Positions 27,419 to 36,134 of a DNA stretch of 61,787 bases are shown in pieces (positions within the stretch are counted from its first letter, which is position 1; each line of letters opens with the position of its first letter). The position numbers and the translations under genes are program-made. The stretch comes from a virus (Duplodnaviria; Caudoviricetes), in the IMG/VR virus record IMGVR_UViG_3300042305_001048, positions 1-61,787 of that record, one strand, 5' to 3'. The notes under the pieces were generated by a model. It was given only the letters and a program-made list of their open reading frames with translations. It was not told the origin of the DNA and did no database searches.

Positions 27419-27971
27419 CACCGTCGTCACGCATCTGCTGAACGAGGCGGGCAGTCTTCCGCTCCTCCTCGCACGGCACGTACTGCTTGTCCTTACGCAG
27501 CCAGCCGTAGGGCCGGGCGTTGGAGTACGGCCTGCCGGTCTGGCGCAGGTGGGAGTTGACCTCGCGGATGCGCTGGCCCGTCAGCTCAGACGAAAGCTGA
27601 GCGAACGCGCCGCCGACCGACAGGGTACAACGCCCCATCGGATCGCTGTACTGCAACGGCATGTCCAGGATGATGACCCGCACGCCCAGTGATTCCCACT
27701 TGGCCAGCGTGTTGCACTGATCCTGCAAGGACCGGAAGACACGGTCGATCTTGGTGAACACCAAGGTGTCGCCTTGCTGCAGGGCATCGCACAACTTCTT
27801 CCCGTCCCGCCTGCGATTGAGCGGGATGCGGTAGGCCGACTGATCCTGGTCTACGAACACCCCGCCGAACGGCAGGCCAGTCTTCTCGCAGTACACCAAG
27901 AGCCGGGCGGTCTGCGCCTCGGCACTGTTCTCTTGGCGATCAGTTGAGACGCGGGCGTACCCGTAGATCAT
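27192..27971 (-). CDS. Serine recombinase (resolvase family) with C-terminal DNA-binding extension
   Basis: YGYARVSTDRQ; GDTLVFTKIDRVFRS; RPYGW. Confidence 0.9.
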   Translation of the reverse strand: MIYGYARVSTDRQENSAEAQTARLLVYCEKTGLPFGGVFVDQDQSAYRIPLNRRRDGKKLCDALQQGDTLVFTKIDRVFRSLQDQCNTLAKWESLGVRVIILDMPLQYSDPMGRCTLSVGGAFAQLSSELTGQRIREVNSHLRQTGRPYSNARPYGWLRKDKQYVPCEEERKTARLVQQMRDDGATWSAIALHLCKKEVRKPYRRKGSLGYYSVTEVSLLYRAAICGFPRIAPKVSPADWTAGMQREAVSAGRPPTVVA

Positions 27972-28180
27972 GGGCTACTCCTTGAGGCTGCTCATCCACA
28001 AGAGGAACAACACGCCGGCCGAGCCGAACAGGAAATCGACAACGCCGCCCGATGCTGCAAACATTCTACTTCTCCAGGAGTTGAAGCGCGATCTCTTTGA
28101 GCTGGCCTGCCAACAACATGAGTACGGCAGTCGCCAGAACATGCAACAGTTGCAGTGCATCCTTGCACATGGGAGCCTCC

Positions 28181-28555
28181 TTACCTGACCTCAAACACAA
28201 TGTTGATGGGGCGCGCACCGTCATAGACCATGCGTGCCACCACACTTTTGCCGCCGCCAACCCACACCGTCTCCTCGTCATCGCTGCTGTGGCCTGAGAC
28301 TGGCGGCACAAGCTCACGCCAGTGGTCGCAGGACATGAGGGTGCCCAGCAGGTTCGGGCCAAGGGCGCCGCCGAGATTGTTCCACGCCTGGGCTATGGCA
28401 TGCGGGTCACCCGGCTCTGCCTTGGACAGACGATGAATCTCCTGGCCGCTGGTCACAAGCCGCTCGGCACCGACAGGCCAGCCCATAATTTCCTGCAGCT
28501 TGGGCAGGTCCAAGAACCACTGAACAATCCGCAGGTCATTCGACATGTCCTTCAC
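28181..28555 (-). CDS. Early-region hypothetical protein
   Basis: Overlapping operon. Confidence 0.55.
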   Translation of the reverse strand: MKDMSNDLRIVQWFLDLPKLQEIMGWPVGAERLVTSGQEIHRLSKAEPGDPHAIAQAWNNLGGALGPNLLGTLMSCDHWRELVPPVSGHSSDDEETVWVGGGKSVVARMVYDGARPINIVFEVR

Positions 28556-28764
28556 TCGTCACCCCCTGTAATAGAAACCACCTCGTCCACCACCACCTCA
28601 ATCCCGTCTGCCCGGCAGGCTTCGATCAGCACATCGCCCACCTCCTGCGTGAACTTGTCGCCCACGTTCATGCCGCCGACCTCACGCCACGCAGAGCAGA
28701 CGTACGGGTACGGCTCGCCCTCCGTGTGATTGAACACAATCTTTCGGAACCGTGCGTATGCCAT
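28552..28764 (-). CDS. Early-region hypothetical protein
   Basis: Stop/start overlaps on both sides. Confidence 0.55.
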   Translation of the reverse strand: MAYARFRKIVFNHTEGEPYPYVCSAWREVGGMNVGDKFTQEVGDVLIEACRADGIEVVVDEVVSITGGDE

Positions 28765-29045
28765 CACTCCACCTCCCCGCGTGGTTGCCATCCACCTGTC
28801 TCCAAGAACCGACTCCTAGTCTCAGGGTCCATGCGCTTCGGAAGGCCACGCAACTTGGTGCGTGCGGCCAGGACCGGAGCAAACTTTTGCTCCGCCGCCT
28901 CCGCCGTAGCCCCGTCGTCGCACCTCCCACTCTCTAGCCGCATCACCTCGGTCAGCATGTCGGCCAGCGCCGCCTTGCTTTGCCGCATGAACCACGCCGT
29001 CGCCTCGTCTGCATACAGGCACGGCTTGTGCATAAGGTTCCCCAC
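28764..29045 (-). CDS. Early-region hypothetical protein
   Basis: AAGGAGG RBS; operon continuity. Confidence 0.55.
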   Translation of the reverse strand: MGNLMHKPCLYADEATAWFMRQSKAALADMLTEVMRLESGRCDDGATAEAAEQKFAPVLAARTKLRGLPKRMDPETRSRFLETGGWQPRGEVE

Positions 29046-29062
29046 TGTCGATCCTCCTTATG

Positions 29063-29344
29063 TCAATCGTCGTATGGGCCATCCTCGCCGTAGGCCACAT
29101 AGCCCACGGCGTCGTCGGAGTGGAAGTCTTCGCGGTCCCGCCCGCCACCGCGCCTGCGTTCTGCTGTGGTGCGATAGCCCGACTCGCGGATAGCAGACAC
29201 AACAGACTCAGCGGCACGCAGTTCCTCCCGCATGTCGTCGTTGTCCGGCTCGTCTGTCAGGTACTCCTCAAGCAGTTCGATGCGGTGCATGAACGTGCTG
29301 TACACCCAGTCGCAATCGTCCTCCGAAAACTCCACGCGCGCCAT
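29063..29344 (-). CDS. Acidic early-region protein
   Basis: GAGGAGG RBS. Confidence 0.55.
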   Translation of the reverse strand: MARVEFSEDDCDWVYSTFMHRIELLEEYLTDEPDNDDMREELRAAESVVSAIRESGYRTTAERRRGGGRDREDFHSDDAVGYVAYGEDGPYDD

Positions 29345-29346
29345 CG

Positions 29347-29499
29347 CTACGCCTCCTCTCTCAGGAATCGAAACACCTGCTCTTGCCACCGTTCTACCAC
29401 CTCCTCGGAGGGGCGGCTAGCGACAAGCCTCTCCGCCTCAATTAGCAATCGGATCGCCGTGTCCACCGTGTCCTCGGTCCAGTGATCTATCGAACTCAT
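29347..29499 (-). CDS. 50-aa early-region protein (absent from the ORF track)
   Basis: GGAGGG RBS; MSSIDHWTEDTVDTAIRLL...EEA fills the gap exactly. Confidence 0.5.
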   Translation of the reverse strand: MSSIDHWTEDTVDTAIRLLIEAERLVASRPSEEVVERWQEQVFRFLREEA

Positions 29500-29514
29500 C
29501 GGCTCCCTCCGATA

Positions 29515-29697
29515 TCAATGTTGGATCACAACCTCCTGCTCGTACCGGCACAGCCTGTCATGCAACGCCTCGGCCTGGGCGTACCGGCCATCGTCCGGCC
29601 GGCAGTACAGCAGGTCGCAGTCGTTGCACAGTTCTTCCATCGCATCCTTGAGTAGCTCTATCTCCAAGGCGGTGAAGGTCAGGGTGTAGGTGGGCAT
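29515..29697 (-). CDS. Early-region hypothetical protein
   Basis: GGAGGT RBS. Confidence 0.5.
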   Translation of the reverse strand: MPTYTLTFTALEIELLKDAMEELCNDCDLLYCRPDDGRYAQAEALHDRLCRYEQEVVIQH

Positions 29698-29951
29698 TCA
29701 GTCACCTCCGCATGGGCTTGTCCGATCCTCTCGCCGGTCCACCCGGCGCGGTCCAGCAGTCGGCGTAGCGTGAGGTGGGCCTGCACCAAACCGGCGATGC
29801 CCTCTTCCAAAGACGACGCCCCATCTGGATCGTTGTCCTCTTGGATGTACGCCTTCTGCTTTCTACGCCCTCGCCTCACGGTTTCCATGAGGTTCATGCA
29901 GGCCGTGTCGATAGCCACTGCCTCGCACTTCCAGACATCAATCTTTGGCAT
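29679..29951 (-). CDS. Early protein sharing AID-ACMNLMET-RR with the 19631 gene
   Basis: AAGGAG RBS; 20-nt DNA identity to 19847-19866. Confidence 0.55.
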   Translation of the reverse strand: MPKIDVWKCEAVAIDTACMNLMETVRRGRRKQKAYIQEDNDPDGASSLEEGIAGLVQAHLTLRRLLDRAGWTGERIGQAHAEVTECPPTP

Positions 29952-30345
29952 TGGCATTCTCCTTGCGTAGCTGAAGGTCATGCAGAGTGCCGGTCAGCTT
30001 CTGCCTCTCATCGAATAGCCGAACGTCGAAGTCTTCGACACCAACCCGGCTGATGGCCGCACTGAAAAACGCATCCGCCTTCGCAGAGAACCGACGCTCC
30101 TCCTCCAGTTCGGAGATGAGGGCGCTGGCGATCTGCTGCAAAAATGCGGGCGATGCTTCCGCCTCCCGCAGCCCGCAGCAAAGGTTCCGCAAAGTGTTCA
30201 GCGTGTCGCGATAGTCCTCGCCGTCGCGCAGCCACTCCTCAATCTCATGCAACCTGGGCGGGTCGTAGTTGCCGCCCTTCGCACGCTCCGCAATCCACAA
30301 TTGGTAGCGCCTCGTCGTCGCATCCGAATACTGGTGTCGCATCAC
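29938..30345 (-). CDS. Early-region hypothetical protein
   Basis: Overlapping operon. Confidence 0.6.
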   Translation of the reverse strand: MMRHQYSDATTRRYQLWIAERAKGGNYDPPRLHEIEEWLRDGEDYRDTLNTLRNLCCGLREAEASPAFLQQIASALISELEEERRFSAKADAFFSAAISRVGVEDFDVRLFDERQKLTGTLHDLQLRKENANAKD

Positions 30346-30632
30346 TCATCCTCCTCGTCTGCGGTGACGAACACAACGGGCTGTCCGTCCTCCACGCCCT
30401 GGTCTTGGATGGCGTCGATCAGATGAACGATGCCCCACATCTGCCAGTCCGGGTCGCTCTCGTTCTTGTCCCACAGATAAGACACCAGTCTTTGCTTCTG
30501 CCGTGCAAGCTGTAGCCAGTCGATGCCCGACACGCCAACCCACTGCGCGGGGCTGGGTGTTCCCTCAACCTGCACGTACACATCGTCGCCGTCGCGCAGC
30601 ACAACCTTCTCTCTCTTGGGATGTCGCATCAA
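30342..30632 (-). CDS. Early-region hypothetical protein
   Basis: Overlapping operon. Confidence 0.6.
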   Translation of the reverse strand: MMRHPKREKVVLRDGDDVYVQVEGTPSPAQWVGVSGIDWLQLARQKQRLVSYLWDKNESDPDWQMWGIVHLIDAIQDQGVEDGQPVVFVTADEEDE

Positions 30633-30946
30633 TCATCCCTCCCTTCTGCCTTGGCAATGGCGGCCTTCGCATGCCGAACCTCGGTTCCAAGCTGGCACTG
30701 AACGGACTTGGGCGCAGCCAGTTCGCGCTCCGCCCATGCCCCTTCCAGCGTGGCGACAAGTTTGTTGCACGCAGCCAGCAACTCAGGCGCAGCGGCGATG
30801 AGCCGTGCGTCCGCTTCCGTGGTGTAGACCATCGCGTTGCAGAAGCCATATCGAACGCCGCATGGCCCCGGCATATCGACATGCCAGTACGGCTCGTCGC
30901 CTTCACGGGAAAACCTCCACGGTCCAGGCGTATGTTCAGACATCAC
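30629..30946 (-). CDS. HTPGPW / ARLIAAAPELL-type small phage protein
   Basis: Motif widespread in small phage early proteins. Confidence 0.7.
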   Translation of the reverse strand: MMSEHTPGPWRFSREGDEPYWHVDMPGPCGVRYGFCNAMVYTTEADARLIAAAPELLAACNKLVATLEGAWAERELAAPKSVQCQLGTEVRHAKAAIAKAEGRDD

Positions 30947-31269
30947 TCACCCCTCCCTTCTGCCTTGTTGATTGCCATCACTGCCCTTTGTGTTGCCGAG
31001 TCGTTATCGGCAGTCGCGCCGCCTAAACAGCGGAGCATCACCATCTCCTTCAACGCAGCCAGCAACTCAGGCGCAGCCAGCAGCACGGGCATCATTGCCT
31101 TTAGGCTGGCGTAATTGCGCCGCGTGGCGGCGTTCATCTTTTCGTCGGCGTCGTTAGCCCCGCTTCCCCTACCGTAGTTCTCCTCCACGCACTCTCCCTC
31201 AACGATCACTATGTGTTCCAGAAAGCTGGCCCATCCGGGCAGTTTCTTCTTACCTGTTTTGCTCATCAC
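30943..31269 (-). CDS. AAPELL-module small protein
   Basis: AAPELLAAL...AINKAEGR. Confidence 0.65.
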   Translation of the reverse strand: MMSKTGKKKLPGWASFLEHIVIVEGECVEENYGRGSGANDADEKMNAATRRNYASLKAMMPVLLAAPELLAALKEMVMLRCLGGATADNDSATQRAVMAINKAEGRGE

Positions 31270-31649
31270 TCACTCCTCCCTTCTGCCTTGTTGATTGCGG
31301 AATTCAAATCGGACTCAATGGCAAACCACTCGTCTGCGTTGCATCCAGCCAAGCCCCCGCCCTGAGCGGCGTATGATAAAAGTGACACGGCTTTCCGCAG
31401 GGCAGCCAGCAACTCCGGCGCAGCGGCATCCACAACGTCACCTGTCTCCGCAGGATCATGCCACCCAAAGAACTGCGCCATGCCGGACATCCCGTCGTCC
31501 GGCACCAGCTTGGCGTCGAACCGCCCTCGCACATGGGGGTGGCTCCACAAAACCTCGGCCACCTTGTTCAGAAGCACGCTGCAATCAAAGGGATGCAGCC
31601 TGCCGTCGCCGTCTACATGGAAAGAGAACGTCAGCGTATGGGGATTCAT
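31266..31649 (-). CDS. AAPELL-module small protein
   Basis: AAPELLAAL...AINKAEGR; ATG at 31649. Confidence 0.65.
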   Translation of the reverse strand: MNPHTLTFSFHVDGDGRLHPFDCSVLLNKVAEVLWSHPHVRGRFDAKLVPDDGMSGMAQFFGWHDPAETGDVVDAAAPELLAALRKAVSLLSYAAQGGGLAGCNADEWFAIESDLNSAINKAEGRSE

Positions 31650-31651
31650 GG

Positions 31652-31915
31652 TCAGACTCCGATGGCAGGGGTTTTGGCGAGGGCCGCACGCGCCCTGGCC
31701 GCAATGCTCCGGTTGCGCTTCTTGCGGGGCGCGCCCCACGCAGGCAGGCCCTTCACGCCCAGCTTGTGCAGCCGCTTGAGCCGGGTGCTGACGTTGGGCG
31801 CAGACATCCGCAGCTCCGCAGCCGCGGCGGACAGGGTGCTATTGGCATTCCAGTGCCGCACCACAGCGGTGACAAACTTCTCAACGCTCACGCGATCCTT
31901 GCGAACACGTCGCAT
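31652..31915 (-). CDS. Basic HTH DNA-binding protein
   Basis: TLSAAAAELRMSAPNVSTRLKRL; AGGAGG RBS. Confidence 0.65.
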   Translation of the reverse strand: MRRVRKDRVSVEKFVTAVVRHWNANSTLSAAAAELRMSAPNVSTRLKRLHKLGVKGLPAWGAPRKKRNRSIAARARAALAKTPAIGV

Positions 31916-31925
31916 GTGAAACCTC

Positions 31926-33092
31926 CTATGCCGCGTTGCGGCGACGAATGAAACCCTTCGACACCAGGAACTGAAACAGGTGGGGGTACGACTTGCGGGG
32001 AAGCCACGCGCAGAACGCACGGTGTGACGTAGCCTCGGCAATCGACCGGCTGGCCGGTGATGTGAACTCAACGAGGGCCTGGACGAACTCCAGGTTCTTC
32101 ATGAACCCGCGCTCGGCCAGCGTCCCCTTGAAGATGCGAACCTCCACGGTGCGACTGCCTGTCACATTGAGCGCGGTGTAGCGGTCGCACTCATGGTGCA
32201 GGTCGCTGATCTTCTTCTTGTGAACCTTGCACCAGTCGCACGGCGCACGGCCCGCGATCTTGCTGATGAACGGCACAGCGTCCGGCTCGTTGAGGAAGCA
32301 GAGCATCTTGCCGACCTGCAAGTCGGAGAGTGCGGCCCGTGAGACATGGATGTGCATGCCGCACCGGCCATTGCTCCAGCTTGTCAGCGCCTTGCCTGGG
32401 CTGTCGGCAAAGAACGCAGACCACATACGCTTGTGGACTGCGACACTGTCCGGCCGTGTGACAATCTCCACGCCAGCCTCGCCGAGACTGCCGTCATGCT
32501 TGAGCGTGCAGTAGTTGTCCGGCAGCAGCGTGCGCACATACTCGGCGGCCTGCTCGTCAGACGTGCAGCCCTCAACCTCTAGCTCTATGCCGAACCGCAG
32601 GCGATCCTTGGTTTCGGATCGCATGTGGTTGGCGGACTTGTCTGAGTAGTTGGAGATGAGGCTGGACGGCGCGCAGTCCTCGCACTGCCCATCCTCGTTG
32701 AAGTTGTTGTCGTCGCACCACTGCTCAGTCCCGCAATCGCAGCAGGCCGTTACGTGATTGTGGTAGCAGTCGGAGCAAAGGTAATCGTCGTCAGGCGAGT
32801 TGTGTGCGTCGTCGACAAGCATGGGTTCGCGGCACATGTGGCATGAGCAACAGTCGCTGTCATGCTCCCACTCGTCATCAACAAGCGAGCAATCGGCTCC
32901 CCAGTACCACTGGCCGTGACGAGGCACGTAGCAGATGTCGTCGTCGTCCTGGTGGCAGACGTTGCGGTCCGCGAGAACAACCGACTCGCCCTCGGGAATC
33001 CACCGCTCGTCATGGGTCTGCACACAAACAGAAAGAGGACGGGTTTCCCCGTCCTCGCAAAGAACTTCCGTCTCGGCGTTGTCAGTGGTCAT
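31926..33092 (-). CDS. Amidoligase (COOH-NH2 ligase type 2 / phiEco32-like) with Cys/His-rich N-terminus
   Basis: RFGIELEV, KHDGSL, EIVT, CGMHIHVS, RYTALN, TVEVRIF. Confidence 0.85.
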   Translation of the reverse strand: MTTDNAETEVLCEDGETRPLSVCVQTHDERWIPEGESVVLADRNVCHQDDDDICYVPRHGQWYWGADCSLVDDEWEHDSDCCSCHMCREPMLVDDAHNSPDDDYLCSDCYHNHVTACCDCGTEQWCDDNNFNEDGQCEDCAPSSLISNYSDKSANHMRSETKDRLRFGIELEVEGCTSDEQAAEYVRTLLPDNYCTLKHDGSLGEAGVEIVTRPDSVAVHKRMWSAFFADSPGKALTSWSNGRCGMHIHVSRAALSDLQVGKMLCFLNEPDAVPFISKIAGRAPCDWCKVHKKKISDLHHECDRYTALNVTGSRTVEVRIFKGTLAERGFMKNLEFVQALVEFTSPASRSIAEATSHRAFCAWLPRKSYPHLFQFLVSKGFIRRRNAA

Positions 33093-33871
33093 GTAATCTC
33101 CTCGTCGTAGGCTCCGCGATAATCCATGTGACGCAGGCTGCGGTACTCAGCCAGCTCGCTGTCCAGCTCATCGACCGTGAACCCCTCCGCCAGCAGGCTG
33201 TCGTAGATCGCCTGCTCGTCATCAGACAGCCAGTGGTAGTAGCGGCTGTCGTCCGCCTCGCTGTCAGGAATCAGCGGCTCGTCCAGCACTACCGACGCCG
33301 CCGCCTTCGGCCACTGCGAAAACCCGAACGCGCTTTTGACGTAGCTCCGGTTGGAGTACCACATGTCGTCCTTCCAGTGGCCGTCCTCCTGGTTCCAGAT
33401 GTCCCAGTCACCGTCTGCACGGAGGAAGACGAACTTGCTGCCGCTGATCGCAGCCTCGCCCAAGAACTTGATCGCACCGTGCGAGTAGAAGTCACGGTTC
33501 TCCAACGCCAGGGGCTTCAGCACATACTCCACGTAGTGCCACGTATCAGACATCTCCTTCGCATCGCTGGTATCGATGGACAGGATGCCGTTGTGGATCA
33601 TGGCAATCTCATCGGTGACCGAGAACGGATGGCAGTTCGCATCGTTCTTGTCGCCGTGCGTTGCCAGTCGGAAGTGAATCGCCGCTTGCTTGTGGGCATG
33701 CGGCAGATACGCCTCCCGGAAGGCATCGAACGTGAAGAACCCCTTGTGAACTTCCAGCACACCCTTGTGCGCAGTGACGAACCCCGCGCCGTGAGAGTTG
33801 CACCGGAACCCTTCCTCCAGCGCATCCCAGTCGACCTGGGCTTTGCTGGGCTTGTAGATAGCTAGACACAT
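33089..33871 (-). CDS. Class II (Ntn) glutamine amidotransferase
   Basis: Met-Cys start, N.HGAG, IHFRLATHG, NCHPF, HNGIL, SDT. Confidence 0.9.
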   Translation of the reverse strand: MCLAIYKPSKAQVDWDALEEGFRCNSHGAGFVTAHKGVLEVHKGFFTFDAFREAYLPHAHKQAAIHFRLATHGDKNDANCHPFSVTDEIAMIHNGILSIDTSDAKEMSDTWHYVEYVLKPLALENRDFYSHGAIKFLGEAAISGSKFVFLRADGDWDIWNQEDGHWKDDMWYSNRSYVKSAFGFSQWPKAAASVVLDEPLIPDSEADDSRYYHWLSDDEQAIYDSLLAEGFTVDELDSELAEYRSLRHMDYRGAYDEEIT

Positions 33872-34002
33872 CAGTCGCACCTCGCTTTCTGTTTTGCGTG
33901 CCGCCGAGCGGCCTTGTTAGCCAGCCGCTTCCCGAACTTCCTCAGATGCTTCCAGTAGCCGCATGCCGCATGGGCTTGGCTGGCACCCTCAGTTTTCCGC
34001 AT
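33871..34002 (-). CDS. Small basic protein
   Basis: WKHLRKFGKRLANKAARR; TGATG overlap with the GATase gene. Confidence 0.45.
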   Translation of the reverse strand: MRKTEGASQAHAACGYWKHLRKFGKRLANKAARRHAKQKARCD

Positions 34003-34201
34003 GCTGAATCCCCCATATCTGTATGCGCGTAAACTTCCAGGGCGTGATGTTGCTCCGCGCGATCTGGCGGCACCACTCCACGCACAGCAGCGCATCCCGA
34101 ATGTTGTCGAACCAAAAATTCCCACACCGCATCGCCATGTTCTTGCCGTCCTCCTCTGACCACTCAAAGCTCACGCGGACGGGACCGCTGGCATCTGGCA
34201 T
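33989..34201 (-). CDS. Early-region hypothetical protein
   Basis: GAGGTG RBS. Confidence 0.45.
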   Translation of the reverse strand: MPDASGPVRVSFEWSEEDGKNMAMRCGNFWFDNIRDALLCVEWCRQIARSNITPWKFTRIQIWGIQHAEN

Positions 34202-34204
34202 GGC

Positions 34205-34333
34205 TCACCTCTCTGTTCTCGCCACCCATGCGCGGTGGCCGTGGATAGATACCCAGTCACGCAACCACTGCTCCGCCTCTTCTCGCCAGTCGAACACGGC
34301 GAGATACCGGCGGCTTGTGCGAACAGCCCACAT
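34205..34333 (-). CDS. Small early protein
   Basis: AGGAG RBS; F.WREEAEQW motif. Confidence 0.45.
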   Translation of the reverse strand: MWAVRTSRRYLAVFDWREEAEQWLRDWVSIHGHRAWVARTER

Positions 34334-34334
34334 G

Positions 34335-34559
34335 TCACGCTCTCCTGTTGGGGATGTACCACCTTCCATCGGTCGCATCGACCTGCTGCCACAGCTTTGG
34401 CATGCCGCCAAGGCGTGCGAACAGGGCGTTCAGCAAGTCGTAGGACTCTGTCGATATGCCGTTGTCATCGTTCAGTAGCGAGACGGCGAGATTGTTCACA
34501 TCTGCGCGCACTAGCCGAAGGACGGAGTCGGCTTCTTTCAGGGTTTCCGTAAGACTCAT
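34335..34559 (-). CDS. Early-region hypothetical protein
   Basis: Tight spacing. Confidence 0.55.
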   Translation of the reverse strand: MSLTETLKEADSVLRLVRADVNNLAVSLLNDDNGISTESYDLLNALFARLGGMPKLWQQVDATDGRWYIPNRRA

Positions 34560-34560
34560 G

Positions 34561-34929
34561 TCACACCTTGCCTTTCATCTCATGGAGCAGGGCCGCACAA
34601 AGCTGCCTGTAATCCAGCTTTTCCGCGACCTCATCCAGGTCGATGTCGAAGTTTCCGTAGTCCAGTTCCACCGCCTCGCCGACTGCCGCCGCGTCGATGC
34701 AGTAGGCGATGTCGCTTGCATCCAGATGGCTGGCAATCTGGTTTGTGAAGTCCCAGTCTGACGACAACGCTGTCCGCAGTTCCCGCGTGAACTCTTTCAG
34801 TCCGGCAAGGTGCAGCGCCAGCTTCTCGTAGCAGATTGGCTCGGCCGCATCGCTGACGCACCGCTGCACATGGGGCAGGATGGCCGCGTCAACGCGGCGC
34901 TGCACCCACTCACGCAATCGCTTGAGCAT
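34561..34929 (-). CDS. Acidic protein with ID/LD-xx-IA repeats
   Basis: GGAGG RBS; LDASDIA / IDAAAVG / LDEVA repeats. Confidence 0.6.
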   Translation of the reverse strand: MLKRLREWVQRRVDAAILPHVQRCVSDAAEPICYEKLALHLAGLKEFTRELRTALSSDWDFTNQIASHLDASDIAYCIDAAAVGEAVELDYGNFDIDLDEVAEKLDYRQLCAALLHEMKGKV

Positions 34930-34932
34930 CTG

Positions 34933-35181
34933 TTAGTTCGCCTCCAGGTTGGGATGCTTGACCAGCATCGGGTACTTCTTCTCCATGTCTGCCAGCAGGG
35001 CCTTTGCGGTCCTGCCCGTGAACCCCATCTGCTTCGCCACCTTGACGGTGGAAAACTTGCCCGACAGCCGTATGCCATCGACCTGCATCTTCAGGCCGCT
35101 GTGCAGCAGCTTCAGCCGATAGAGGGCGATATGCTCGCCCGTCAGCGTGACGCAGCCGTACTCACTCACCTCCACTGCCAT
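34933..35181 (-). CDS. Early-region hypothetical protein
   Basis: GGAGGT RBS. Confidence 0.55.
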   Translation of the reverse strand: MAVEVSEYGCVTLTGEHIALYRLKLLHSGLKMQVDGIRLSGKFSTVKVAKQMGFTGRTAKALLADMEKKYPMLVKHPNLEAN

Positions 35182-35500
35182 TCGCAACCTCCAGTTCTTC
35201 AATGAAGCTCTTGGCAATCTCCATCCAGTTCACCTCGGACAGTGCGGCTGATAGCAGGTCGTACAAGACGCCCTGCCTCTCGCCGTATGAATCTCTGGCC
35301 GCCTCATGCTCGTCCCGCAATTGCCGGGCCAGACGCATGGACGCATCCTCAACCCTGGTGAGTCCGCTATGGGGGCAGCTTTCCGCCCACGCATCCTTCG
35401 CGGCCCACTCCCAGAACTTCTGAGTGGACTCCACGTTGTCGATCCACAGCTTGACGCACCACGTTTCGTAGTTCGTCCAGCCGTTGTACTTCTCGGCCAT
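35162..35500 (-). CDS. YNGWTNYETW-motif phage early protein
   Basis: YNGWTNYETW...VNWMEIA, a motif I recognise from phage early regions. Confidence 0.65.
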   Translation of the reverse strand: MAEKYNGWTNYETWCVKLWIDNVESTQKFWEWAAKDAWAESCPHSGLTRVEDASMRLARQLRDEHEAARDSYGERQGVLYDLLSAALSEVNWMEIAKSFIEELEVANGSGGE

Positions 35501-35513
35501 GGTCACCTCGCTT

Positions 35514-35732
35514 CTAGTCGTCCAGTCCGTCCCGGCAGTCCCGGATAGCGTCCTGCTCGGTATCGAACGGCCCCATAGGGTCGCCGTCCGGCAGGCATCC
35601 AGGCCGACAGGACCACCAGTACCAGCCGTCCGGGAACTCCCGGTCGCCGTACTCGTTCAACTCCAGGTCATGCCCGTACTCCGAGGAATGAAACACCTCG
35701 TACCCGGGCGGAACACTGAGCGTTGTCCGCAT
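35514..35732 (-). CDS. First early gene; GWYWWxCxPGCLPDG..GPF motif
   Basis: GAGGTG RBS; just downstream of the repeated promoter-like element. Confidence 0.6.
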   Translation of the reverse strand: MRTTLSVPPGYEVFHSSEYGHDLELNEYGDREFPDGWYWWSCRPGCLPDGDPMGPFDTEQDAIRDCRDGLDD

Positions 35733-35794
35733 GTAACACCTCACACTGCTGCCCGCATGCACAGTAGTTACTCGTTACTGGCGTAGCGTGCCGA

Positions 35795-36024
35795 CATATA
35801 TATGACACTTGGCGGAAAAAATCCGGCATGAAAACCGATTTTTTTCTTGCCGTCTGCTGGTCGCATAGCATGTGCCAGTGCGGCCAACAGTGTGGCATCT
35901 GAACGCAGTGATCGTCAGTGTAACAACCGACGTGCGTTGTTCGCGTTGTTGCATGCGTGGCGTGTGCGTTGCATGCGTTGAACGCGAACGGCATATATAT
36001 GACACCTCACGGAAAAAATCCGGC
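35795..36024 (-). promoter_or_regulatory. Two copies of a 33-nt promoter/operator-like element
   Basis: CATATATATGACAC-N4-CGGAAAAAATCCGGC at 35795-35827 and 35992-36024. Confidence 0.65.
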
Positions 36025-36134
36025 GGGCGGTTCCATTTTGTTCCAGTACCCCCCTGGACAGTGCCGATGGAACGTGATACCAATACATCTGTGGCGGACA
36101 GTAACCGCCACAGTAACCCCGGAGGATTGATACC

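Larger units (their letters stand above)
30627..31424. repeat. Dispersed direct repeats at gene junctions and AAPELL anchors
   Basis: 35-nt junction repeat at 30941-30975 and 31264-31298 (34/35 identical), weaker copy at 30627-30660; 23-nt repeat at 30771, 31055 and 31402. Confidence 0.85.

Noticed and set aside
30627-31424. CRISPR array or DGR template/variable repeats
   Set aside because: The repeats are coding and about 300 nt apart; there is no cas or reverse transcriptase gene and no adenine-specific variation
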